The notes under the pieces are model-generated. The model was given only the letters and a program-made list of their open reading frames with translations. It did no database searches and was not told where the DNA came from. A stretch of DNA of 64,000 nucleotides from Phoronis australis (lineage: Eukaryota; Animalia; Phoronida): positions 144,119 through 208,118 of the forward strand of contig NMRA01000540.1 of the NCBI GenBank assembly GCA_002633005.1. Direction: 5' to 3'. Below are positions 26,556 to 41,500 of this stretch, piece by piece. How positions within the stretch are numbered: the stretch's first letter is position 1; each line of letters opens with the position of its first letter. Both the position numbers and the translations under genes were made by a program.

Positions 26556-29500
26556 TCATAATTTTGCATTTTACGCACTATGTATGAAGTAAAGACCTTT
26601 TAAAGTTTTCAACCATAAGCCATTACCAACTTGGTTTTAGTTTACTCACCAAAGCTTTGACTGAAACTTTTCATACTTTCCACCACCTGAGTAATGGCAC
26701 CATCTGTACACAGCAAACTAGCGCCACCATCTGGGAGGAGAAGGAAACAGATCTGAGATAACTGGCAACATTAAACTTACTGGGGTTTTCCATAGATCAG
26801 ACCCGATGAAACGCCCATAGGCATTTAATTGGAAAATTATGCCGAATAAACGCCCATGAGCTTTTATTTGGTGTAATTACAATTTCTGGTGTCAAGTTTC
26901 TTCAAAAAAAGTCATCAATCACTGTCATCTTTTTGCCCCAAATTCAGATTGTGAAACACCAGTTATAAAAACGATCAATGTGTTGCAATTATTATTAACA
27001 TAAAATTTAAAAGCACAATTTAAAGTTAAAAATATCACAGTCAGGAAACCTTTTAATCTAGGCCTACATGACATACATTCCATGCTGACATTTGCGTGGC
27101 TAAAGCCAAATGATTTTCCGTTTACACGCCCGCCTTTTCTGACTAAACCTCCGGGCATTTATTTAGCGTTACTAAAACGCCTGGAAGTGACTCTTAACAA
27201 GTAACAAACACACTCGCTTGAGTGCACTTACTTCTATGCTACTACTTAATATGTACCTCCAGCCGCCAATACAGCCAATGTCTCCAGTCCAGCGTCCTGC
27301 ATCAACTCGTTGTCATGATCACTCTCCATGCAGTCCAACACTTTGACGTGCACTCCCTCAATGAGGCATTGGTTCCTGACTAGCTCTGCAAGGGACAGTC
27401 AAAACAATCTCCATTATCTTGACTTTTGTGTATTTTGTGACAGATATATGCCATGAAACCAACATAATGTCTGCAAGAGCAAACAAAGTTCATGGTTTCA
27501 AAATTGTTCACAGGAACAATAAATCACAAAACAGGTTGCACAGGACCTGAAAACGTTATGTCAAAAAATTTCAGGTGAAAGATTTATATTTTGCATTAAC
27601 TTTCCAATATTGTTTTACCTTCAAGCAGTAGACAAAACAATACAGCAGTAAAGTTAACAACTTATATGAACAAAGAACCATGGTCTTACTTCTGCATATA
27701 AGGAATCCCTAAAATCATGAATGAAGCACCAATAAAAAAACCAACAACCCATGCGTGGAAAACGAGCAAAACGAACAAAGAGGTCTGATTATCATTGTAA
27801 GATACAGGGCTTGGAATGACCGATGACGGAAAACGCGGAAACTTTTACAGCTCGAAGCGCGCTCCCCTACCTCGACACCTTTTGTTGCACACAAAAGTCG
27901 GGACTAAAAAAAAAAAAACGGTACCGTCTACAGAAACGTGCGTCTGCGTCTTTTTAGCTCGTCCGTCCACTCCCAACACCACGTATTTTTGGCTGCAGAG
28001 TCTTAGTATTTGTCACCGCAGTTTACAATCACACGAGTCGCCATTGAAAAATCCACCACGCTATCCCAGATGCCACGGCAATGTTGACAATTTACGTTCC
28101 TCCGAAACATAAAGAGCAACTTCCGCTTTTCGAGGTGAAAGTCGTCGGCAACGCCGCGGTAAGAAAGGACTTTGCCGCGGAAATTTTATATCAAATCCGA
28201 TTTTTTTTTACGCGGAAATATGATAAAATAATTGGACAGAACATTTGAAAAAAGCGGGAAATCCGCGTTTCCGCGGAAAATTCCAAGCCTTGAAGATAAC
28301 ATTACCTATATCTGCAAGACACCCAATGGTAGAGATGACCTCCAGTTGTAGTGCCTTGTCATTTGGAAACTGGCCAAAGATGCTCATCAGCCCAAACAGA
28401 GTCTTGTCATAGTTAGTCACCTGCCACTTGTGTTTCATGCTGAAACAGCAGGACATTGGGATCACAGCAGCCAAACACATTTCCACAAGACAGTTGGTTA
28501 AATAGCAAACAAACATAGTATTACATATGTGCATGCATGCATACATACAGTCATACAGTCAATTACAAATATCTGCTTTACCCATGGAAGAGATACCATG
28601 ATTATTTATAGAAATGTCTCTAACAAGCCATTCATCCTGATCACAGTAATGGACATGATACTCTCAAGTCAGCACCTAGTGACACCACATGGCCAGTTCA
28701 CAAACTAGTGACACCACATGGCCAGTTCACAAACTAGTGATCCAGATGCCAGGTTGTCAATCCAGAAAAATCACCAGCAGTCTAAACTCAGCACTCCCAC
28801 AAAAGGACACGGAAATAAAATGTTTACCTGAACACACAGAGCCCTCTGATGGCACGGCAACCACTCGACTGTGGCCTTGACCTTGACTTGTGATACTTCA
28901 TCCCATCTAATATGGCCATGTGGGTGTTCTTTTCAAGTAATAGTTGTTGTATGCGAGCTGGAGGAGAATGCGTCTTTAGATTAAAAACAGCTAAATCTAA
29001 TTAAATAAACACACTAGACCAGACTGTGTTTAGATTAAAACAATAGCCCCTAAGTCTAAATAACACACAGAAGCAAGACCATGAAATCAATTTAGATTAG
29101 ATTGTCAGATGCAGAGGCTAATGGCCTTAAACAAACTTAAGAGGGAAAGTCCATCATGGCCGTCTGAAGCAGCATTAAACCTGTGTTAACAAATTGTCAT
29201 TCTCTCTGAGCGCAGAGATCACGTTTGAACTGAGTAAGGAACAAGTTAGAAAAGATCAATTTTATATCATCAAACGGTTTAAATCAATTTTTTTTGACAA
29301 AAAGCAAAACTCTTCACACCAGGCTCATATTAAATTTTCTGGTTCTTGCGTGACTTGAAATTTTATGAGCTTGGCCTGGAGCAAATAACCAACTGGTAGA
29401 CTTCAAAGCCTTGAAATTACCTCCAGTTTGACTAACAAGAGATACCAACTCCACAACGGTATTATAGCGATCTAAATTAAAAGCTGTGTTTGTGAAACAA

Positions 29501-32500
29501 AGCGGGATAAGAGACATCAGTCTTAAAGAAGTCAACACTTACTATAATCACAGATAAAACAATGTACTAACTACTACATTACTTAACACGTGCTCAAGAC
29601 ATGGGGCCCGTTACAAGAAAGTGACTTCTAATAAGTTGATATTTTACTTTAGACTAAGATTTGTCTCAACTTCCAAACTTTGGAGCTTCCACATCCAGTA
29701 ACACTAGTCAAAATTAAGACAAAACGTATAAAGTCAAAAACTTAAGTCAAACTTAAGCTCAATTTCTTAAAAAAGACTTATCGTAAAACTGACTGAAATT
29801 TAGAACTTGTCTTGGCTAAGTCAGTTTTTTGGAAAGGGTCTAGTCTTTGTAAAATGTTTACTATTTCTCATCAATCCATTCCATGTTTCACAGCCAGTTT
29901 CCTTTCTAGGATTAAATGTTTTCATATTGTATCCAAACCTGTGTACAATCCACGCTATTTTTCCAAGTCAGACTTACGACTATCTGCCGACATCCAGTAG
30001 ATGGCATCACAAGCAGCGCAGAACGTTCTCTCTGCTTTAGGGTGCATCAGAATGGCACACAGGCAAAGAGTATGCAGTGGATTGCTGGAAAATAAACAAA
30101 AATACAAATGAATTCTCTTTCGCGTATACACATAATGAAGAATTATAGGAAAATATTCTGATGTAAATAAAAGCAATGAAGTTCAAAAGCAAGACAATGT
30201 CTTTTAAACAAACCAAATTCTGAAGTCAGAGACAAGCATTTGTCACAGGGCGACCAACTTGTCCCCACAACCCAGGGTGCTGCCCATGGCAGAAGGCCAC
30301 CTAACACTCACAGCTCAGTCTCTACTGTTGCCGCAGGAGGAGTGAAGTTTGAAGAATATAATAATTTAATAACTTTAAAACATAATGAGCGTTTTTGAAT
30401 GAAATTGAATTTTTTTATTCCAATCTTAAAAAGAAAATATCTAATCTCGGCAAAATAACCAATGTCATACAAAAAGCATCATTCATTCAGAGAATACCTT
30501 TGTTTTACTGTTTGTGTCTCCATGAACACAAAAATGACAGATTCATTTTCAAGTCTATGTGATCTTGAAAACGATGTCAAGGTCACTTAATTCGACAGGC
30601 GCCTGTACACTGACCCACCAACACCTTGGTGCAGAATATGAACAAAATCTAAAGCTTCCTTCTTGAGATATCACACCAACATTTTTTAACAGTTCTACAA
30701 ACTTGACTTTCTCCCCGTGATCTTGAAAATGTCATAAAGGTCACAAAAATCGACTGGTGCCTGGAGGTGCCCCACCTATACCGTGGTACAGAATAGGAAC
30801 AAAATCTAAAGCTACCTTCTTGAAATCTCGTGCTAACAACATGTAGGTTAGCACACACCCCAAAAGATTACAAAACGCCAACAATTTGCAATGTACAACA
30901 CAATACCACCCATCGAGCTTATGGGTGTATGCTCATCAAAATAAATGGCGTATTGAACTAAATGAATAGCACATGTAAGAAAGAGCATGACCGCCAGACC
31001 CTATTCGCAATCTGACCAATCACAGGCTGTAGTAGAACCCATGAACCCTGACCACAAAGCGAGTACAAGGCAAGTAAGAACAAGCTAACCAAATAAGAGA
31101 CAAAAAATCAGAGAGAAGAATCAGGGCTTGAAATGACCAATGACAAAAAAAGCGGAAATTTTTATGGCCCAAAAAACATGCGCGCACCAAGCCTTGAAAA
31201 AGTCGATGTGGAGCATTTGCCGATAAGAATCGGGAGGACTAAAAAAAAATTTTTTTAAAAATGATGACGCAGAGGACGAATATGACGACGATGGTGGCAA
31301 TGATGAACAATTCAAGTAATGATAACATTCAAAAGATGGACGTTGAGACCAGACATCAGTAAGTATAGGCTACAGTCTTGAACGACACTTGGTGAAATTA
31401 ACTGAAAAGACGACGACGGAGATGATGACGAAGATGACGAATATGATGACGATGGTGATGATGCTGAAAAACATCATAACATTCATATGAAGCACTTAGA
31501 TGTCATAAATCAGCAAGAAATAGGCTACACTCTTCTTCAATAGAAACTAAACCAACATCAATGTAGCAAGAGCGCTCAACAAAGGAACAGCGCTATCAGA
31601 AAATCTCAAATAATTCAAAAAGCAGACGTCCTAGCGAAAAATGGAAAACATCTTCTGAAAGCCCATTCAAAACTATATAAACTGATGGCATGGCCTAATT
31701 CCGTAAATTTTTCAAAAAAACTGAAATTTTGCGTTTTTTTAAGAATTTCAAAGTCAAATAACTCGAAAACGGTAAGTCTGAGAAAAAAATTGTTACAGGT
31801 CATTTGAAAGAGTATACCTCAAAGAATCCACATGCAAAAAATCACGTCTTTTTCTCTTCCTGTTTAAAATGGCACTCCAGCACGACTGAAAATGGGTCAA
31901 CATGCGCCAGATCCGCCATCTTGAAAATAATTTCCGGTTTTTTGGCTCTGTATAATAGCATGTCATAAGAAACTAATACCTGCAAAAATTCGAAGGAATT
32001 GGCCCTATAATGCGCCCTCTACAGGAGAAAACATTTTTAGGCCAAAATCGAGGTGCGCATGCGAGATCGCCGATATTTCCGCCATCTTTAACCGGGAGTA
32101 AACAATTTCCGGTACACTTGTAGCACTCTTCCGGTCCATTTACAGATCTGATTCTTAGCCTTGTACATAAAAAATTGTAGCCTCTAGAAGCACTTGAACC
32201 TTTACATGAAAACAAACTGGCCGCCACATCTGCCATCTTGGATCCGATTATGACGAAAAACAATAGGCTTCCAGTACTTCCGGAGATACAAGTTGTGTAC
32301 AAATTTTGTGAAAATCGGTCAAAAAATGCTACCTGTAGAGTGCAAACAAACAAAGAAACAAACTTGATGGAAGAACAACATACTTGGCGAAATAAATTTC
32401 GCCAAGTAACAACCCAATCAATTGGGCGTATCGCAATACATGAGTGTCAGGAGAGTAACGTTGTCCTTCCTTAGTCCAAAAGTCAAACGACAATGGACTC

Positions 32501-35500
32501 TATCAGTAACAGCCACCAGATGGCATGATATCACCGCAGAGATCAGTCCACATACAGTGTAATATCACATTCTACACGATAGTACGTACATTTTAGTCGT
32601 GGTCTGAGTGCTCTCCCCTATCAGTTCCTGTAGTGCCGGTCTGTACTCTAGTAGAATACACATCGCCTCGCAGCATAGTTCCAACAGCTTCCTCTGGTCA
32701 CGGTGCTGAGACATGATGAGACTAATTAACTTAAGCCATTCTTTCTCTTGTCTGTACGATTCATCGCTCAGCAGTCTGCCAACTGGGATAAAATGGCTAG
32801 ATAAGCATTTCATGTCACTCCGAATTCTGGATACTGCAGGCTTATTTAGGCTGTTAATCTAGTTGCAGAGCAAAAGTTTAATAAATCTTTGAAATTCCAA
32901 TACATAGGTGTTTCTTGTTTTGCAATTAAACAGATTCATTAATTGTTTAATTATTTTCATCTCAACAAATCTGCGCTTTAATATGACTTAAGTTCAAATT
33001 TTAGCTTTTTATGTTATATAAAAACTATCCCCAAGTTCACACGGAATCACATCTAATTGGCAAGTCGGAAATTTGAAATTCCAATTTCTCGGAAAAGCAA
33101 TCATATCTCTGAATGTTTAACAAAGTTACACTTTTAAACTTTCCTTTATGTTCATATTGCTTACCAAGTTTCTTGAACACTCTGATTCCAGCCAGCAGTG
33201 GTAAGGGGTTGTCAAGGAAATGAAATACGACCTCTAACAGCATGGGCCCCACCTGTGCCGAGATGAGCTGATCACAGACCGAGTCTGAAAGTAGCAGTCA
33301 AATGTGAGTTTGCGGCGACTTTTGTTGTCTATTAGTCCGGGTTTGCAAATCTAACTTGAATTCATCAGTTTGTTTACCAGGTCACCAAACAAAATCTGAG
33401 GTCATAATAGTGACCTACACCTTGCCAAACCAAGCCCTATGTGGTAAACAGAATCTGTGTTGACAGCGAACAGCATTGAGGTTCCAAGGCCCATACCTGT
33501 TCCTAGAAACATGTGTAGAAGATGAAAGCCAGCACACACGACATCGCTGTCTGTGAAGAAGTCCTTCAGGTGTTGCAATAGTGTCAGGTGAAGTTTGTCG
33601 TCAATAAACACGTGAAGGTTTTCCTCTGAAACGACAGCATAACAATGAATGAAATAGCAGGACCACAATTGCTGAATAATCACATAATTACCGTAATACA
33701 ATTGATGACTATCATCAACTTTTATTCAATTATCATTATGCAACTAGGCAGTGCCAATATTTCAGGAAAGAAGAACAAACAAGAGTTGTTCAATCCTGGA
33801 TAAAATGTTATTTGCCAACTTTCATAAGGAGACATTGAGGCATATGCAATAAACTAAAAGGGTCATATGGAACATAGCAGAAGTTGCAGAATTCAAAAAC
33901 CAACTTCAGTCACGTTTCCAATACATGTAAATTGCTTGTTAAATTTCGTGACAACTTTTCAAAGTCTTTGGCAGATAGAGAAGCAGATTCAAAAACAGAC
34001 ACCAAAATATTAAAAAGATGTCACTAGGTGGCACACAATCAGCTGAAACAAGTCAAGAATGGCAACAATCCGTCAATGAACTTGGCACAAGTGCACAAAA
34101 ACAACTGCCACTAGAGTGTATAGCAGTATTCATATATATCCAAGAATCAACATCAGCCGTGCTCTTGACAACAGGACAAAATATCTAAAATTTCAAGAAA
34201 ACTCTTCAAACTGATTGCCGTGGCTACATAACCATGACTGACAATTATCACTGCCAATTGATTTGGAATAAAATTTTAACTGAGAAATGACAGTTTGTAA
34301 AATTTGCTACATAGCATTCGTGTAAAATTTATGGTCCTTTAACGTTAACTCTCCCTTACCTGTGCACGCCAGGACAGTGAACAGTCTACAAGCTGACAAC
34401 ATCAGGTCACGTGACGTCGGGTGTTTCCACATCGCCTTGGTGACCAGTCGGTGGTCCTCATTTAAGACAAGTTCAATTTGACGTTCCTTTTCTGTAGAGA
34501 AGAAACAAAATAGTTGTTGGTTTCAGTATATACTTTTTTTGGAAAATCAAGTCGTTTGCTCACTCTTCAAAAAATGTCCATCTGTAGAGACAAGCAAAAA
34601 GATGTTTGAATTGGTTTTTTGCTCATTGCTTGGCAAATCTTGCTTATGTGGCTTTGCGCAGCTGATGAAAAAAACAATACCTTGGCTGAAATTAATGTGT
34701 GCAGGCATTTTTGCAGAAATTAGCCAATTAACTGATTCAACACATACAACCAAAACGTGAAAGTAACAGCACTGTTTACAGTCAAGGAAAATAGTGGAAC
34801 TGGTTGTGTTTTTTGAAAATTGATGTCTGATGTATTTCTGCTGTCCACACTTTCCCCAATGCCAGATGAACTGGGTCAGGATCTTATTCTCCCAGCGCTA
34901 CCTGGTGTCAGATGAAATGAGTCAGAATCATTTTTTACTACCCAGACTTGACTGAGGCCAGCTAAAATGGGATGGAATCCTACTATTTTTACCCTCCGCC
35001 ACCAGATGTCTGCCGCGAGGTGCAGGTTTTAAAATGGGCCCAAACCAGAACCAATTTACTTCACCATGGTCAGATACGTAGATTATACATTACTTTCCAA
35101 AAGTCTCAGTTCTTCCCCAAACAAACTGGATGGCAAATCCATTCATTCTTTTTTTCCGAACAGCATAAAATGACTTGACTGTGGTGACTTGTCAAATTAA
35201 ATACACAGCCGTCACCAATATTTAATAAAGAAATACAAGTTTCAACCAAAGTGTGTACACCAAAATAAGTGCTGAAGACGATAAGAAGTAGACATGAGTG
35301 AATCATTTGGTTGTGTCAAACACTGACTCACAATTACCTTCTCTCAAATGTCATAACAATCAAGTCCTCACAGTATGCCATATTTCAAGTATCAAGCTTG
35401 GTTACATTTTATAATTCCCTCGTTTCTGTTGATAAAGGACATTCTGATATTCAAAAAATTCACAGCCCCTTATTGTTTGTTTTCAGTTACGTGACACTTG

Positions 35501-38500
35501 GCAGACTCACTGTTTGCAAGTAATGACGCCAGCGCTTTACATGCAGTGACTTGAGCAACCACGGAGTTGGCAAATGTAAACATGCTCACGACGACACTAC
35601 TAACGGCATCTGTTGGCGGGCGCAGCAAGTAGTTTCTTGCCTCATCTGCAACAAATAACACCATGTACTGTAAACATTCTCCAGTTTAGGACGGTCCCTA
35701 AAATTTGGGAAATTGAAAAATAAGCCGGCATTGATTTTTCTTGATTCTGAACATTCGAACATTGGTCATTTCTCAACTATAAGAAAATGCATTTTTTAAC
35801 AACAGAGTCTAAAATAGACTCGACAGCTCAAAAAATTGTTGAAAATGGCCACCACTGCAATGTTTTAATGTGTCCACACTTTGTGCAGCATTGAACAAAA
35901 CAATTGTTTGTCAGTGACAGTAATTACTGAATTTGAGATGGCCAGCTTTGCCTCTCTCTAAAATTTGGAACATGCTTCAAACTTGAGGAGAATTATAATC
36001 AATTTCTACTGACCCAAACTGGTGAATATTACCTGTAGTTAGAACTGAAAGGTGAAATCTGACATTTAAGGAGCTGAGTCAACTGTACCACTAAGTTTCT
36101 CTGTACAAAATATTAACTTTTGACCAAGGAATATTTTCAAGACAAAAAAGGTCAATGCCAAAAAGTTTTAAAATGACAAAAATAGGTAAACGTGACAAGT
36201 TTTAACAAAAAATTCAGTAACAAGAACATCACATAGAGCACAGGTATGATCACTACTTTAAACATTCCCACTTAAGGCAGCAACGCAAGTAAACTTAAAC
36301 TAGACCCAAAGCCTGAACAGCTCTCTTCAACAGGAACACACGTACTACCCTTCATTACAATTCTACACGCAGTTTGGCGGAAAGGGATGGCATGGGGGCA
36401 ATACACATGACACAGCTACCTATGAGCTCCAGTTGGTTCACAGTATGTTAATTTGTTGCATAATGAAAACCTTCAAATTTCTCAACAGATGGTACTATAT
36501 GCGCCAGCAAAGAACCTAATTTTTGATTTAGACGTCCACTTACAAGTATGGAACTTGTCTCAACTTGTTCCATACTCAGATGAGAAGTGGTTTCTGGCTT
36601 TAAAGGAACGTTCCCAGAGAGAAAAGTAACTTCACATCAGCAGCGCAGAGTCAACCCCATTAGCTTTGCAGTGGCAGCCAAATACTCCACTGCTGAGCCA
36701 AATAATTTTGAGCATATTGAAACTGCAAAGACAAAAGACCTTATTCGTGCGGTCACCATTTTAAAAATGAGCCTCTTTTTAGGTTACTTTGAAAAAATGC
36801 ATTTTGAAACATAAATATCAATGAGGCATGCGAAAGAATCACGCCTTGCAGTGTGATTAAGTGTGGAATGCACTGTTTTTAAAACCTAAAAGGACTCTCA
36901 TAGTAACATAGATTGCAACTGTTTGAATAAGGTGTATGGCTGTGATTTCAGCGAATGGCAAGAATTGGTGATTTGTGACAAAATCACAGAGAAACACAAC
37001 AGATTTTGTTATTTTACAGCTCTGGCCTAAGCTGACAAATTCAAGAAGTCTGTTCAGCTAAGCAATAATCCCAATAAGGCATTTCTCAGCAGTAAACTTA
37101 ATAACGTCCCTTTAAAGGACCGACAGTTCGTCATTGCTTGAGACCACTACATAACCTGACTCACCATGACAAGCCAGCCTGTTGAGTGTGATCTCAAACA
37201 ATATCAAACTGCAGTTTTTTCCCCAAGTCTGAAAATCACCTCCAATATGTGTAAAGCACAAATTGAGATCATTTTCACTACTGCCAGTGGTTTAAATCAA
37301 ATGTTGATCTCTAGATGGTTACACGGCTGGTTTCATTAAACATAGAAACATCACCAGTACTCACCGTTAGTTGAAACATCATCAGTACTCACCGTTAGTA
37401 GAAAATTGAACGAGTGTCTTCATTATGGCTATCTGAACAGTGCCAACGTCTGAGTAGGCATTCATTACCTGNNNNNNNNNNNNNNNNNNNNNNNNNNNNN
37501 NNNNNNNNNNNNNNNNNNNNNNNNNNNNNNNNNNNNNNNNNNNNNNNNNNNNNNNNNNNNNNNNNNNNNNNNNNNNNNNNNNNNNNNNNNNNNNNNNNNN
37601 NNNNNNNNNNNNNNNNNNNNNNNNNNNNNNNNNNNNNNNNNNNNNNNNNNNNNNNNNNNNNNNNNNNNNNNNNNNNNNNNNNNNNNNNNNNNNNNNNNNN
37701 NNNNNNNNNNNNNNNNNNNNNNNNNNNNNNNNNNNNNNNNNNNNNNNNNNNNNNNNNNNNNNNNNNNNNNNNNNNNNNNNNNNNNNNNNNNNNNNNNNNN
37801 NNNNNNNNNNNNNNNNNNNNNNNNNNNNNNNNNNNNNNNNNNNNNNNNNNNNNNNNNNNNNNNNNNNNNNNNNNNNNTATTTGGACTTATGAGTAACCTA
37901 CACTTAACGTGTTTGAACGTGTGTCAACGATCGCATAACTTACCTATTACTTATGGCCTGCGTATACGGGACGTATAGCCATACGCTGACATACGTTGAG
38001 AAATTTTGAGCATGCACAAAATTTTTCGACGACCTCGACGTACTTCGACGTATACCAACGTGCTTCAGCGTGCTGTTAACGTATACAAAACTTACCCATA
38101 ACTTATTCGACGTACGCCAGCGTATCTGCCAAATTTTTCATACGTCGGCATACGCTGGCTAAATCGTCAAGGTGTGACAGGGCCTTTAGTTATTGTGTAC
38201 TCGAGCACAGAATAATAGACTTATCTTGAGTTCGCCCAAAAGTAGAGTAGAAGATGCCAAACCTAATTTCAAGTTCCATTTCGAGTAAAAAGATTGGAGA
38301 CCGGGCCCAGGACAGTCTCTTGAGAAAAGCAAAAATATTTAGAGACATTTCCAATTCTCATTTTCTTGCAACAGATAACCTTTAACATAAATCTTCTATT
38401 TAGGTATGATGCGATAAGAAACACTAATTACCCTCACCGCTGACCTAGCGATAAGTCATTCCTTTGATGACCAGCCCACTCGTGAGAATGAAATGTAGAT

Positions 38501-41500
38501 AAAACCAGTGAGCTCACCAGGTGACATTAGAGTAATTCAAAGGATTTCTCCAAATCGATCCTTATCTCGTTTTTAAAAAAGGATGTTTACAGCATGTTAT
38601 CCAATCTGTGAATGGGCTAAAACAATGTTCTGAGAAATAAAAAGGAAAGTTTTTAGAAAAAAATCTCTGAAACTACAGGAATTTGAGAAATATTAGGTAC
38701 TCCTATACTTGTACCTCAAGATCTTCTTATTGTTCACAATTGACGTCAACAGAACGGAGTTATGAATCATCCATGACTCAAGTAGAAGACAACAAATCTG
38801 AAATCAAATTGTATATCGAATTGAGATCGTGTTAGCACAGCCTACGGTCAGTTTCGTGACAAGTGGCACACAACTGAGGCTGAACTTTGGTCTGATGCTT
38901 ACACTATAAGCCCATGACAACCTTACAAATTTAATATTATCTCCATAACTAGAAGTTTTAGGTATAACTCTAAAAAACTTAGTATTATTACTGAAGTGGA
39001 ATAAATCATTTTGCATGATATTGTTGACTTTGTGTGGATCGCAAGACAAGATTTCTTGAGTCTTAAGTCATCTTTTCATGAAACAGGGCCCTAGTCTCTG
39101 AGTATTGTGTCTTGACGTATTAGTAATTCAATAGCCATTATCTTACTTGAATTTGTCTTAGTCAGGACACGTAATTATTCCAGGTCTGAGATACAGGGCT
39201 TGTAATGGCCAATGACAAAAAAGAGGAGAATTTTCAGGTGATTCCACAAATAGGCTTTTATGATAGAGATATTTTTGTGTTTAAAACAAAGGTTTTTACA
39301 TTGAATAAAGTCAAAATAATGATAATAAAGAGGCGAAAACAGAGGAAACGGGAAAGAAAATAAGAGGAAATTGAAACCAAGAAAGAGGAAAGTAATGGAC
39401 CTATTAAAGAAAGAAAATTCCAAGCCATGGATATAAGGCAGGTTAATACTCAAACTTTTTTAGTTCAAAGTTGCAAAGTTTTGGGCTGCAAAGCATTGTG
39501 TAGTCCCGCTAAGAAAAGTAAGCTAGTATATCATATGTGGACAAAGTTCAGTTGAGCAAAATTTACAAGATCCGAGTGTCCAACTTCTCTGACACAACTT
39601 TAATCAAGAAACTCAAGTCACGATGAACAATAAAAATACAGGTTAAAAAAAACTACAACTGTTACAAATAAATGGGCAACAAGTTGGAGTTCGAGTTCAA
39701 GATTTTGGGCGCCTGGTTTACACGAGCGTTTAATGTTGTCTTACAAACCATTAACACATCAGCAAGGAATTCTGTCTATCGTAACTCCAATATCTTCCCT
39801 GGCAGGATACCTTTAGCTCTCTATATAAACACCAGGTGTGATACACAAATCATATTCTTGAACCAACAGATTCGAGGTTAATAAACATTTCCCGCTATTT
39901 ACGATGAATAATACCAGACAGAGCAGCATTATTATTGCGTAACTAACATCACGACCTCCAGTACCTACTCCAGCCAAAAGTGGAGTTACTGTATCACACA
40001 ACTTCCCTTTAATCTACATAATATACCGTACTGAGAGGAGTTGCCCTGGCTATTTCTGGGAGTTACGCTTTCCCACAGAACAGAACTCCGCAAAAAGAAA
40101 ACCGGCAGTGTTGGTGGAAAAGCAACATTATCTACTCAGCACCAAAGAGATGATCCTTCAAGCACAGCTATACCTCTTGAACACGGCAGATAGACGCCAT
40201 ATTGATCATCGTGTTGAGAATGATAGTGGGTCCATTGTGTTCCACCACAGCACTCAGGCAAGAGGCTGGAAAAAAACCCAGAAACACAAAAAGCAATATC
40301 AATAATTTTCTGATTACATTAAAACTTGTCACATACAGGAAAATTCACGATTGACAAGAATGCAATTGATACAAACTATGGGCGGTGCACCATAGGACGC
40401 TGAGTGCTATAGCCCCACTTTTTTCAGTGATGTGCTACCCATGGACATGGGCAGTGCACCAGATAGGCGGCTGAGGGGCTATAGCCGTCCATTAATTTCA
40501 ATGCTGCTCCACCCATGCAAACATGATACAATTAAGACTGACATCAAATGAAGGTTCTCACTCGCCTGACATTTTTCAGTACAAGCCAAAGGTAATCAAA
40601 CAAACATCAGTGCTCACTCATGACCAGTAATGGCTGGTTATTCTAGCTACTCTGAATTTTGCTTGTACTGAGAACAACCAACCAGGCATAAATATGACAT
40701 TTTAAGCAAGCATTTGACGACAACAGCAGCAGCAGACTATTGCCAACAGTGGCACGGCTATGAGGGAGGAAGTGCCCTTGACAATTATTTGTCATCCCAG
40801 TATTTCTGTAGTGCAGCTAGGTGAAGCTAACTGAAACACATTTAAACTGAGGCCAACTTTAGGGCTGTGACATATGACACAAGAATCCTGTTATTATCTC
40901 CTGGGACAACAAGAGAAGCATGCTAATCTGAGAATTATTGATAACAATTATCAGTAGCATCTGCTAATAGCAGATTGTATGGCAGGCTTACACAGATAGT
41001 ATCAGTTGTATGGATGGAAAATACAGTTTCAGGAATTATTGTTGGATAGAATACACTTCATGAAGTTATAAATGATCCGAGCTAAAAAACAAAATTCGTA
41101 GTTTATCTGATTTTATTAGAAACTAGAAATGAACACTAACGTTTGCCACACATTCGCTGATTACTTCAAGATCGGAAGCTTCTGCAGTGAAATATGCTAC
41201 TTTGCCATATGTCCAGTGGGATTGAGCTCCGACAGCACAGTAATGTTGCAAAAACACAGGATGCGTTCAATTCACTCCAGAAGTTCAGTTGGATCAAACA
41301 GGTAAGACATCGGTGAATCAGCAATCGGATACCTTTGTTTGACCCGACTAAACTGGCGGAGTGAATTAAGTGCTAACGCCGTCCATTCCAAGTCCAGAAT
41401 TCTAACCTCAAGCATCTTGGAAGTGCCTAGCGTCATCCATCACATCCCATTACATAGTTCCAACGAGAACAATACATAGCCAAGAACATGTGCCTAACAA

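Noticed and set aside
26261-26592. YI-repeat ORFs
   Set aside because: Translation of the (TA)n microsatellite.
31261-31465. GAT/GAC-rich, poly-Asp-like stretch
   Set aside because: No sustained ORF or splice context; low-complexity sequence attached to a MITE fragment.
37463-37877. Donor-like CAG|gtaatg at the gap edge suggesting a hidden LRRK2 exon
   Set aside because: Exons 41525 and 35645 already join in phase; an extra exon is neither required nor testable here.
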